This document shows, piece by piece, positions 19,613 to 28,054 of a stretch of 64,000 nucleotides of DNA. Origin of the DNA: Nodosilinea sp. (GTDB taxonomy: Bacteria > Cyanobacteriota > Cyanobacteriia > Phormidesmidales > Phormidesmidaceae); NCBI GenBank assembly GCA_049646445.1, contig JBARVV010000042.1, positions 11,368 to 75,367 on the forward strand. Reading direction: 5' to 3'. The position numbers were made by a program, and so were the translations under genes. The notes under the pieces are model-generated. The model was not told the origin of the DNA. It searched no databases and was given only the letters and a program-made list of their open reading frames with translations. Each line of letters begins with the position of its first letter. Position 1 is the first letter of the stretch.

Positions 19613-20542
19613 CTAGTAGGTGCGCGCAACAATGTAATCTGCGATCGCCAGCAGCGGCAGGCGCAAGTCGCCAAATCCGGCCAGGCTTTCTTTCGCGGCC
19701 TCAATCAGCTGGTTGGCCTGGCGGCGCGATTCGTCTAGACCCCAAAGACTAGGGTAAGTCACCTTCTGGGCGGTAATATCTTTGCCCACCGACTTACCCA
19801 GGGTTTCGGGGGTAGAGGTAATGTCGAGAATGTCATCGACAATTTGAAAAGCCAGACCAATGCGCTGGGCGTACTGGCGCAGATGATTGACATCGTCATC
19901 GCTGGCCCCGGCCAGCATGGCCCCAGAGGTGACCGAAATTTCGAGTAGCGCCGCCGTCTTGTGGTTGTGGATATAGGTGAGGGTTTCTAGGGTCACATCT
20001 GGGTTGCCCTCGCTGGCCAAATCGACAATCTGGCCCCCCACCAACCCTTCGCCGCCCACGGCTTTGCCCAGTCCGGCAATCACGCGCAGCATTTGCTCTG
20101 GGGCAGCCCCCCGAGTTTGGGTGGCTACGTGCTCAAAGGCGTAGGCCAGCAGGCCGTCGCCCGCCAAAATCGCCACGTCTTCGCCGTAGACCTTGTGATT
20201 GGTAAGGTGGCCCCGGCGGTAGTCGTCGTTATCCATGGCGGGCAGATCGTCGTGGATCAGCGACATGGTGTGGATCATCTCCAGGGCGCAGGCGGTAGGC
20301 ATGGCCATCTCGCTGCTGCCGCCAGCCAGTTCGCAGCTGGACAGACAGAGAATAGGCCGTAGCCGCTTGCCCCCCGCCAGCAGCGAGTAGCGCATGGCCT
20401 CGTAGAGCGTTTCGGGGTAGCGCAGGGCCAGGGCCTGGTCGAGGGCGACCTCGACCCGCTGACGCTGCTCTGCCAGGTAAACCTCCAGATCAAACTGGCC
20501 AGTAGGTGACGGTCTGGAATCGAGGGAGTTGGTTGGCACCAT
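19613..20542 (-). CDS. crtE: Geranylgeranyl diphosphate synthase (polyprenyl synthetase family)
   Basis: First DDxx(xx)D motif [17 protein letters not shown] and second motif FQIVDDILD. Confidence 0.85.
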   Translation of the reverse strand: MVPTNSLDSRPSPTGQFDLEVYLAEQRQRVEVALDQALALRYPETLYEAMRYSLLAGGKRLRPILCLSSCELAGGSSEMAMPTACALEMIHTMSLIHDDLPAMDNDDYRRGHLTNHKVYGEDVAILAGDGLLAYAFEHVATQTRGAAPEQMLRVIAGLGKAVGGEGLVGGQIVDLASEGNPDVTLETLTYIHNHKTAALLEISVTSGAMLAGASDDDVNHLRQYAQRIGLAFQIVDDILDITSTPETLGKSVGKDITAQKVTYPSLWGLDESRRQANQLIEAAKESLAGFGDLRLPLLAIADYIVARTY

Positions 20543-20657
20543 AGCGGCAACAGGCAGGTTGAGAATAGATAAACAACAGGGCTGAACTGAAACAGGTCTG
20601 AACGGAGTCGTTCGCTCGACTGGCCTCTTAAATTAATTTAGAGGATTGATTTAGAGA

Positions 20658-21518
20658 TTAGAGTCGGCCGCGATAGCTGGTAACGGTGTTTTCAAGCAGC
20701 ATGGCCACCGTCATGGGGCCCACACCACCGGGCACTGGGGTAATGGCTCCCGCCACCGGCTGCACCGAGGCAAAGTCGACATCACCCACCAGCTTGGCTG
20801 ACCCATCGGGCTGCTCGACCCGATTGATGCCCACGTCAATGACCACGCTGTCGGGTTTAACATCGACCGCCGTAATCATGCCTGGGCGACCCACCGCCGC
20901 CACTAGAATATCAGCTTGCCGCATCAGCGCGGGCAAATCGATGGTGTGAGAATGGGCCAGGGTGACGGTGGCATTGGCCTCGATCAGCATCAGGGCCATG
21001 GGCTTGCCTACCAAAATACTTCGGCCTACCACCAGGGCGTTGGCCCCGACCAGGTTGATGTTGGCGGCCTCTAGCAGGCGGATGACGCCGTAGGGAGTGC
21101 AGCTGCGCAGGCCCGGTTCGCCGCGCACCAGCCGCCCTAGGTTAATGGGGTGCAGCCCGTCGGCGTCTTTATCGGGGTCAATGGTACTGAGCAGGGCGAC
21201 GGCATCGAGCTGTTCTGGCAGGGGTAGCTGCACCAGAATGCCGTCGACATTGGGGTCAGCGTTGAGCTGCTGCAGGAGGGAGGCGACCTCGGCCTGGGTG
21301 GCGGTGGCGGGCAGGTGTTTGCCATAGGAAGTAATACCTACGCGGCTACAGGCTCGCTCTTTGTTGCGCACGTAGGCGGCGCTGGCAGGGTTGTTGCCCA
21401 CCATTACCACCGCCAGCCCTGGGGGACGATAGCCCTGATCGGTGAGAGCTTGAATCTCCTGGGCTAGCTGGGCTTGAATTTGGTTGGCGAGGGCTTTGCC
21501 GTCTAGCAGTAGAGTCAT
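20658..21518 (-). CDS. folD: Bifunctional methylenetetrahydrofolate dehydrogenase/cyclohydrolase
   Basis: LDGKALA..., [22 protein letters not shown] and [14 protein letters not shown] motifs. Confidence 0.95.
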   Translation of the reverse strand: MTLLLDGKALANQIQAQLAQEIQALTDQGYRPPGLAVVMVGNNPASAAYVRNKERACSRVGITSYGKHLPATATQAEVASLLQQLNADPNVDGILVQLPLPEQLDAVALLSTIDPDKDADGLHPINLGRLVRGEPGLRSCTPYGVIRLLEAANINLVGANALVVGRSILVGKPMALMLIEANATVTLAHSHTIDLPALMRQADILVAAVGRPGMITAVDVKPDSVVIDVGINRVEQPDGSAKLVGDVDFASVQPVAGAITPVPGGVGPMTVAMLLENTVTSYRGRL

Positions 21519-21711
21519 GGCCGGGTGCGCTAACCTGTATCTCGGATATCTCGATGTAGAGGGGGGTCGGCGCCCCGCAGCCAGGTTTTGCCAAAGCAGA
21601 GGATTCCGACGCTTTACAGTGTCTCAGATTTTGCTCCTCTGTTGCGTCCTTTTGTTGAGCTTCTTAGGGGCCAACGCGCCGGTTAAGTGCTGTAATCTCA
21701 CTCTTTATGAA

Positions 21712-22170
21712 ATGAAGGGCTCGATGACTGACCTAAAGCGCCGTTTAACTCGCTGGTTTACTCGCTATGGCATGGTTGGGGGCGGAGTTGGCTTAGCTCT
21801 GGTGGCGATGACCAGCTGCGGTGCCAGTCTCGATGCAGCGGTGGGCTATGGGCTGCGCGATCGCCTCAGCACCTGGCCCGGCCTGGCTCGTCTCGATCCG
21901 GTGACCCCGATCGCTGAAGCCAGCCAGAGCCAGCAGTCGCCGTTATATTTGGCGGGTATGGTAGAGCGGCAGCTGCCCCTGGTGGGCCAGGGACTCTACG
22001 AATTGGTGGATGAGTCGGGGGCCATTTGGGTGCTGAGCAGTGAGGCACCGCCCTCTGTCGGGACCTCGCTCGCCATTCAGGTTAACCTTCAGTACGAGCA
22101 GATTTTGCTGCAGGGTCAAGACATCGGCCAATACTATGCCCAAGAACTAGAGCGGCTGCCCCAAGACTAG
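21712..22170 (+). CDS. Hypothetical membrane-anchored or lipoprotein-like protein
   Basis: The ORF is open from 21484, but that part overlaps folD. The internal ATG at 21712 precedes a hydrophobic segment ending ..AMTSCG. No family recognised. Confidence 0.4.
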   Translation: MKGSMTDLKRRLTRWFTRYGMVGGGVGLALVAMTSCGASLDAAVGYGLRDRLSTWPGLARLDPVTPIAEASQSQQSPLYLAGMVERQLPLVGQGLYELVDESGAIWVLSSEAPPSVGTSLAIQVNLQYEQILLQGQDIGQYYAQELERLPQD

Positions 22171-22301
22171 CTGCCGCGACTAGGAAAATTTCCCTAATCG
22201 CCCAACGGCGTTCTTTCTCCGCTGCAGGGGCATGGAAAATGGTAGTCTCTTAGACATGCTGTGTTATAGACATTCAAACTGGTAGGAGAGGATTAGGGTA
22301 A

Positions 22302-22733
22302 ATGAAACAATTGGTTGGCCTACTCGTTGCGCTGGCAGTGCTGTTGGGTTGGGTGAGTAGCCCTGCTGTAGCGCAGCCCATTTCTGGAGCAGACCTCCTT
22401 AGCGCCCCCCTTGAGGCCACGGCCTGGCTGGCAGAAGCTTCGTCTCAAAATGCGGTCGACGCTAAATTAAACACCGAGTACGGCGCTAAACTCGACTTAA
22501 ACAATGCCAACGTGCAGGGCTTTAGCAAGTTTCCGGGCCTGTACCCCACCCTGGCTCGCAAAATTCTGCTCAACGCGCCCTATGAGAGCGTAGACGATGT
22601 TCTAGATTTGCCTGGGCTGAGCGAGCAGCAGCTCAATATTCTGAAGGCAAACCTCGACAACTTTACAGTTACTGTGCCTGACTCCGCTTTTACAGAAGGT
22701 GGCGATCGCTTTAACAACGGCGTTTATAAGTAG
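22302..22733 (+). CDS. psbU: Photosystem II 12-kDa extrinsic protein PsbU
   Basis: Signal peptide followed by [55 protein letters not shown], which is typical of PsbU. Confidence 0.9.
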   Translation: MKQLVGLLVALAVLLGWVSSPAVAQPISGADLLSAPLEATAWLAEASSQNAVDAKLNTEYGAKLDLNNANVQGFSKFPGLYPTLARKILLNAPYESVDDVLDLPGLSEQQLNILKANLDNFTVTVPDSAFTEGGDRFNNGVYK

Positions 22734-22888
22734 GCAGCGGGTTGTTCCTCTGCTCACGCCTATTGGCCCTGGCTGGTCAAGTTGACCCTACCGGTCAACG
22801 ATGACTGGCTGGGGCCTTTAAATATTTATCCTTTTGTTCGAACCTCTATATACCCTTCAAATCATCACCACATAGTTGGGAGCTGCCC

Positions 22889-24571
22889 TTGACCAAGCCT
22901 GATTTAGCCTCAGCCCAGACCAACCGCTTTGATGTGTTGGTGATTGGGGGAGGGGCCGCTGGACTGTACGCTGCGCTGTCGGTTCCCCCCCAGTGGCGGA
23001 TCGGGCTGGTGACCAAAGACACCCTGTCGATTTCGGCTAGCGATTGGGCTCAGGGCGGGATTGCCGCGGCGATCGGGGCTGACGATGCGGTGTCGCTGCA
23101 CGTGACCGATACCCTGACAGCTGGAGCCGGGCTGTGTGATCCCAAAGCGGTAGAGCATTTGGCCAGCCATGCGTCTACCTGTATTGAGCGCCTGGTTGAT
23201 TTAGGCGTGGCCTTCGATCGCACCCAGGGCCAGCTGGCCATGACCCTGGAGGCAGCCCACTCGCGCCGCCGCGTGCTCCATGCCGCCGATACGACTGGCC
23301 GAGCGATCGTGTCGATACTGGCGGAGGCAGTGCTTCAGCAGCCCAATATCACCGTTTTTGAGCAGGCCTTTGCCCTCGACCTGTGGCTAGAGGCTGGCCG
23401 GTGTCGGGGCGCTTTGGTGGTGTACGATCAGCGGCTGTGCTGGCTGTCGGCCCAGGCTACGGTGCTGGCCACGGGCGGCGGCGGCCAGGTGTATGCCCAA
23501 ACCACTAACCCTGCGGCCAGCACGGGCGACGGGGTGGCGATGGCCTGGCGGGCCGGAGCGCAGCTGCGCGATCTGGAATTTGTCCAGTTTCACCCCACCT
23601 CGCTGGCTCAGCCGGGGGCACCGCCCTTTTTAATCAGCGAGGCGGTGCGCGGCGAGGGTGCCCATCTGGTCGATGGCCGGGGCGATCGCTTTGCCTTTGA
23701 GTACCATCCCGATGGCGAATTGGCCCCGCGCGACGTGGTCAGCCGGGCGATCTTTCACCACCTGCAAAAAACGGGCGATCGCCAGGTGTGGCTCGATCTG
23801 CGCCCAATTTCGCCCGATCGCGTGCAGTACCGCTTTCCCAATATTCTGCAGGTGTGTCGCAACTGGGGCTGGGATCCGCTGACTCAGCCTGTACCCGTTG
23901 CCCCCGCCGCCCACTACTGGATGGGGGGCATTACCACCGATATCCACAGCCAAACCTCAGTTCCGGGCCTTTATGCGGTGGGCGAAAACGCCAGCACGGG
24001 GGTGCACGGGGCCAACCGACTGGCCAGTAATTCGCTGCTAGAGTGCCTGGTCTACGGTGCTGAGCTAGCCCGCCTGCCGCTGCAGCCGGTGCCAGTCGAC
24101 CCAGCGCCAACGGCTGAACCGCCAACCGTATCCTCGCTAGATGTCTTAGCCCAGCCCTGGACTGAGATCACTGATGAGGTTGGGGCCGCCGTGCAGGAGC
24201 AGCGAGAGCGGCTAACTCTGCTGATGTGGGATGCAGCGGCCATTAGCCGCGACCAGGCCGGGCTTGAGGCTGCGATCGCCACCCTCAGCCAGTGGCGCAG
24301 CGATTGGCAACAGCACCCTCTACAAGCGCTCCACAATCTGCCGCCTGGGGCGAGCTACGCTTTACCAAAAGGGCTCAGCTGGCCGCTGGTGCGAGCCTGG
24401 GGCGAGCTGTGCAACCTGCACGACACTGCCTGGCTGATTCTTAACAGCGCCGCCTTTCGCACCGAGAGCCGGGGCGGCCACTTTCGCCAAGACTACCCCC
24501 ACCCCAGCCCTGAATGGCAGGTACATACAGTGGTCGAGGGCGATCGCTGGCAAAAATCTTCCTCCGTTTAG
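22889..24571 (+). CDS. nadB: L-aspartate oxidase
   Basis: FAD fingerprint FDVLVIGGGAAGL plus AQGGIAAA, HPT and GLYAVGE..TGVHGANRLASNSLLE motifs. TTG start. Confidence 0.9.
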   Translation: MTKPDLASAQTNRFDVLVIGGGAAGLYAALSVPPQWRIGLVTKDTLSISASDWAQGGIAAAIGADDAVSLHVTDTLTAGAGLCDPKAVEHLASHASTCIERLVDLGVAFDRTQGQLAMTLEAAHSRRRVLHAADTTGRAIVSILAEAVLQQPNITVFEQAFALDLWLEAGRCRGALVVYDQRLCWLSAQATVLATGGGGQVYAQTTNPAASTGDGVAMAWRAGAQLRDLEFVQFHPTSLAQPGAPPFLISEAVRGEGAHLVDGRGDRFAFEYHPDGELAPRDVVSRAIFHHLQKTGDRQVWLDLRPISPDRVQYRFPNILQVCRNWGWDPLTQPVPVAPAAHYWMGGITTDIHSQTSVPGLYAVGENASTGVHGANRLASNSLLECLVYGAELARLPLQPVPVDPAPTAEPPTVSSLDVLAQPWTEITDEVGAAVQEQRERLTLLMWDAAAISRDQAGLEAAIATLSQWRSDWQQHPLQALHNLPPGASYALPKGLSWPLVRAWGELCNLHDTAWLILNSAAFRTESRGGHFRQDYPHPSPEWQVHTVVEGDRWQKSSSV

Positions 24572-24654
24572 GCTTGGCCTTGTAGCGATTTTGGATTTGC
24601 GATTTTGGAGTACGGGCTTCAGGCGTCTAGAGCTACGGCTCCCCCATCCCTCAC

Positions 24655-25209
24655 CTATTTCCGCTTCCCCGACCGAGACGATCGCCGTTTTAGCTTGGGC
24701 TGTGCTTTTCGTCGCTTTTTCTTGGCGGCTGACGACAGCCAATCGGCGGCGTAGTGGCTGAGCGCACCCAGCTCTAACCCAATCACCAGGGCCAGCCACC
24801 AGGGCCAGTAGGTGACTAACGCCCAGCTTAGCCCCTCCGCTAGGTCGCCCCAGCTCAGGGCGGTGCGCTGGGCGCTATTGAGCAAATCGACGATAAGGAT
24901 GCCGCCCAGGCCCAGCCACAGCGATAGGTACAGCACCCGCACCACGGTGCCAATAATTGGCCCATGCGACCAGCGCGATCGGTGGCGAATTTTGCCCCGG
25001 TAGGGCAGCCAGATCCATCGCAGCCAGCCCCAGCGCTTGTACTGTACCGAGTGAATGTCAAGATCGGGGCCAAGCACCCAGCCGCCCAGCATAAACCCCA
25101 GGCAAACTACTGCCGTGAGCCAGCCGCTGAGGGTAACGCGCAGCGCAACTAAGACCACCAGGGGCAAGGCCCAGAGAGTAATGCGATCGTGGGTGCGGCC
25201 TGAAGACAT
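24655..25209 (-). CDS. Putative metal-binding membrane protein (DUF2227-like)
   Basis: N-terminal SGRTHDRITLW followed by several TM helices and a basic tail. The family assignment is from memory only. Confidence 0.5.
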   Translation of the reverse strand: MSSGRTHDRITLWALPLVVLVALRVTLSGWLTAVVCLGFMLGGWVLGPDLDIHSVQYKRWGWLRWIWLPYRGKIRHRSRWSHGPIIGTVVRVLYLSLWLGLGGILIVDLLNSAQRTALSWGDLAEGLSWALVTYWPWWLALVIGLELGALSHYAADWLSSAAKKKRRKAQPKLKRRSSRSGKRK

Positions 25210-25443
25210 AGCACAGGTGTACCAAAATTTGGGCCTGCTGGCAAGAGGGGTTTTTGACCTCGGGGCTGGGTGAGCTGGGGTTTATAGCCCATGGCGCGGC
25301 GATAGAGGTCATCCCCTAAAACAGGGGCACGTCCGTAGACCTGCTGCTGCAGCGCCACGATACGGCTCCCTTTACCCTTATCCATCAGCGGGCTACGGTG
25401 GTGGGTACAGATCACACTTCGATCGGCTCAATCGGCGTGGGCA

Positions 25444-27030
25444 TTAGGTCTGGTCTTCCGATGTCACATCGACATCGACCCATTCATCGTCGTCCGATTC
25501 AACCAGGGGCAGAGCCGCAAAGAGAGAGGCGATCGCATCTCTGGACTGGTGCAGTTCGTGGCTAGAGAGCCGCCCAGTTTTGGTGTCGTTGACCACCAGA
25601 GACTGCTGTTGCCCCTTACCTTTTTCGGTGGCGGTAACTGTCAAAATGCCGTTGATGTCGAAGTCAAAATGCACTTCAACCTGCACCGCTCCGGCAGGCT
25701 TGGGCGGAATACCCTCGATCTGAAATACCCCCAGGGGCACATTTTCTTTCGCAATGGGGTTCTCTCCCTGAAACACTTCGATTTCGACGGTCTGTTGACC
25801 ATGGGAAGCTGTGCCATAGATCTCAGACCGAGAGGTGGGAATGACGGTATTGCGCGGAATAATGGTGCTAAACATGCCGGGCATAGGCCCCATGGCGGTG
25901 TCCATCACCGCCGCGATGCCGAGAGAATGGGGGCTAACATCCACCAAAATGCTGTCTACCGCCGCCCCAGACAGCACCCCGGCTTGTAATACCGCCCCCA
26001 TACCCACACAGAGATCGGGTTCAAAGCTGCTGACGGGGGTATGGGGTAAGTGATTTTCGACCAGGTGTTGCACTAGAGGAATGCGGGTTGAGCCCCCGAC
26101 CAAAATCGCCCGATCGATGTCGTCTGCGGTCATATCGGCATCGCTCAAGGCCCGGTCGATCGCGTCGAGGGTGCCGCTCAGTAGAGGTTTGATCAAATTT
26201 TCAAAGTCTTCCCGAGTGATGTCGAGTTCCAGGTGCAGAGCGGTTTCGCCCTTACGCCCTAAAAATGGCTCGCGCACCGTGGTAAACACATGCTCGCTCA
26301 GGGCAATTTTGGCTTGCTCAGCGGCTTGCAGCAGCCGCGCTTGGGTGGCCATATCGTTGGGGACTTCAGTGCCGTGAACCTGTAAGAAGCGGTCGGCCAG
26401 GTAAAGCTGCAGCTGGCGGTCAAAGTCATCGCCGCCAAGGCGATTATTGCCGTGGCTGGCCAGCACCTCGGTGACATCGCCAGTAATTTCGACAATGGAG
26501 ACATCGAAGGTACCCCCGCCCAGGTCATAGACCAGAACGTTTTCGCTATCTTCGCTGTCTAGGTCAAAGACCAGGGCTGCCGCTGTCGGTTCATTGAGAA
26601 TTTGTAGCACCTCAAAGCCAGCGATCTCCCCAGCTTCCTTGGTGGCCTGCCGTTGAGCATCGGTAAAGTAAGCCGGTACGGTAATTACGGCCTGGGGCAC
26701 CTCGGCTTCGAGCATGGCCTCGGCCCGCTGCTTGAGCGATCGCAGAATAATGGCTGAAATTTCCTGGGGTCGATAGGTGCGATCGCCCAGCGTGACGGTG
26801 TAGTCAGTCCCCATGTGCCGCTTAATCGATTTGACGGTGCGATCGGGGGCGGCCGCATACTGCCGCCAGGCCGACTGCCCAACCAGCAATTCCCCGCTGT
26901 CGCTCAGGCCCACGTAGGAGGGCAGCAACATCGTCCCATCCTCGTCAGGAATCACCCAGGGTTGTCCATCCTCCAGGGCGGCAATGATTGAATTCGTGGT
27001 GCCTAGATCGATACCGACAATGTTTCCCAT
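25444..27030 (-). CDS. Hsp70-family ATPase, short form (NBD plus beta-sandwich substrate domain, no helical lid), acidic C-terminal tail
   Basis: Contains GIDLGTTNS, VITVPAYF, DLGGGTFDVS, VGGSTRIP and the linker/SBD segment VDVSPHSLG. The protein stops ~35 aa after the SBD-beta region, at 528 aa versus the ~630 aa I remember for DnaK. Confidence 0.9.
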   Translation of the reverse strand: MGNIVGIDLGTTNSIIAALEDGQPWVIPDEDGTMLLPSYVGLSDSGELLVGQSAWRQYAAAPDRTVKSIKRHMGTDYTVTLGDRTYRPQEISAIILRSLKQRAEAMLEAEVPQAVITVPAYFTDAQRQATKEAGEIAGFEVLQILNEPTAAALVFDLDSEDSENVLVYDLGGGTFDVSIVEITGDVTEVLASHGNNRLGGDDFDRQLQLYLADRFLQVHGTEVPNDMATQARLLQAAEQAKIALSEHVFTTVREPFLGRKGETALHLELDITREDFENLIKPLLSGTLDAIDRALSDADMTADDIDRAILVGGSTRIPLVQHLVENHLPHTPVSSFEPDLCVGMGAVLQAGVLSGAAVDSILVDVSPHSLGIAAVMDTAMGPMPGMFSTIIPRNTVIPTSRSEIYGTASHGQQTVEIEVFQGENPIAKENVPLGVFQIEGIPPKPAGAVQVEVHFDFDINGILTVTATEKGKGQQQSLVVNDTKTGRLSSHELHQSRDAIASLFAALPLVESDDDEWVDVDVTSEDQT

Positions 27031-27106
27031 GGGGGCCTACCCTCTTCATTGAACACAGTACATAGTTTATGGGATGACTTGATTGGGATAGCTTGATTGG
27101 GATGGA

Positions 27107-27661
27107 TTATTGATTCGATTCATCCGGAGCCACCGCTACAATCACCTGCGCCTCCCTCAGCACCCGGTCTTGCCAGCGATAGCCGCGTACCACCTCCTGC
27201 ACCACGGTGTTGGGGGTACAACTGGCATCTACCTGCTGTCCTAGGGCGTGCATTTGGGTCGGGTCAAAGGGGCATCCTTGGGACGGCATGGGCACGATCT
27301 GATGCTGGCTCAGTACCGTCAGCATGGAGTCACGAATTAGGTCCAATCCCTGCCGGGCACTGGTGACCACTTCGGCAAGGCTGTCAGACTGTTCAGACTG
27401 TTCGGGCTGTTCGGGCTGTTCGGACTGGGGACTGGGGCTAATCAGCGGGCACTGGGTCAGCCATTGCCGCCACCGTTGCCACCGGGTCAGTGCCGTAGGC
27501 GACTTCGGCTGAGCAAGCCGGTGCGAGTCTTCCGCCTGGTGCCAGTGATCAGCGGCTCGATCGAGGTCATCGATCACGCTCAACAGATCTCGCAGCAGGG
27601 TTTCCTGCTGTTTGCGCAGCTGAATTTTTTGATTGGCAAGGTCTCTAGGCGATCGGGTCAT
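27107..27661 (-). CDS. GrpE-like nucleotide-exchange factor (divergent, short)
   Basis: The C-terminal segment FDP..H.A......NTVVQEVVRGYRWQDRVLREAQVIVA resembles the GrpE beta-domain. The gene sits between the J-protein and Hsp70 genes. Confidence 0.65.
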   Translation of the reverse strand: MTRSPRDLANQKIQLRKQQETLLRDLLSVIDDLDRAADHWHQAEDSHRLAQPKSPTALTRWQRWRQWLTQCPLISPSPQSEQPEQPEQSEQSDSLAEVVTSARQGLDLIRDSMLTVLSQHQIVPMPSQGCPFDPTQMHALGQQVDASCTPNTVVQEVVRGYRWQDRVLREAQVIVAVAPDESNQ

Positions 27662-27716
27662 AGATGGGTAGAGGCTGTAGACTTCAACAATTTGGGTTAC
27701 GTTGGCACCAGCTAGC

Positions 27717-28010
27717 CTAAAACGTCAGCCGGATTAGATCCTCTAAGGTAACATCCACGGCGGCGATCGCCTGCTGCTGTAGCTGGTCTAGCAGAGCCTG
27801 ATCGAGTTCAGCCTGAATGGGCACAACCGCAAAAAAATCTGCCTCTCCCTGGGGTGCTTTGCGGAGAGCCTCGTAGGCGGCGCGAATCGCTTTGAAGTCT
27901 TGAGGATGGGTATGGGCCGGGAATTCTTTGAGTTTGGCGTGGTAAGCGGCTTTGATCTCAGCGGGGGCGGCCCCAGGCGACAGACCCAGGCGATCGTAAT
28001 GGTCTTGCAT
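27717..28010 (-). CDS. Stand-alone J-domain protein (97 aa) with HPQ in place of HPD
   Basis: DHYDRLGLSPGAAPAEIKAAYHAKLKEF..HTHPQDFKAIRAAYEAL follows the J-domain helix II-loop-helix III pattern. Confidence 0.8.
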   Translation of the reverse strand: MQDHYDRLGLSPGAAPAEIKAAYHAKLKEFPAHTHPQDFKAIRAAYEALRKAPQGEADFFAVVPIQAELDQALLDQLQQQAIAAVDVTLEDLIRLTF

Positions 28011-28054
28011 AGGTGCAGATGGCTGTATGTTATGGGGTCAAGGCTGGCTCAGAA

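Noticed and set aside
25149-25415. 88-aa minus-strand ORF between the Hsp70 gene and the DUF2227-like gene, a possible fifth operon member
   Set aside because: It overlaps the start of the next gene, has no recognisable motif or obvious ribosome-binding site, and has unremarkable composition. I cannot support it from sequence alone.
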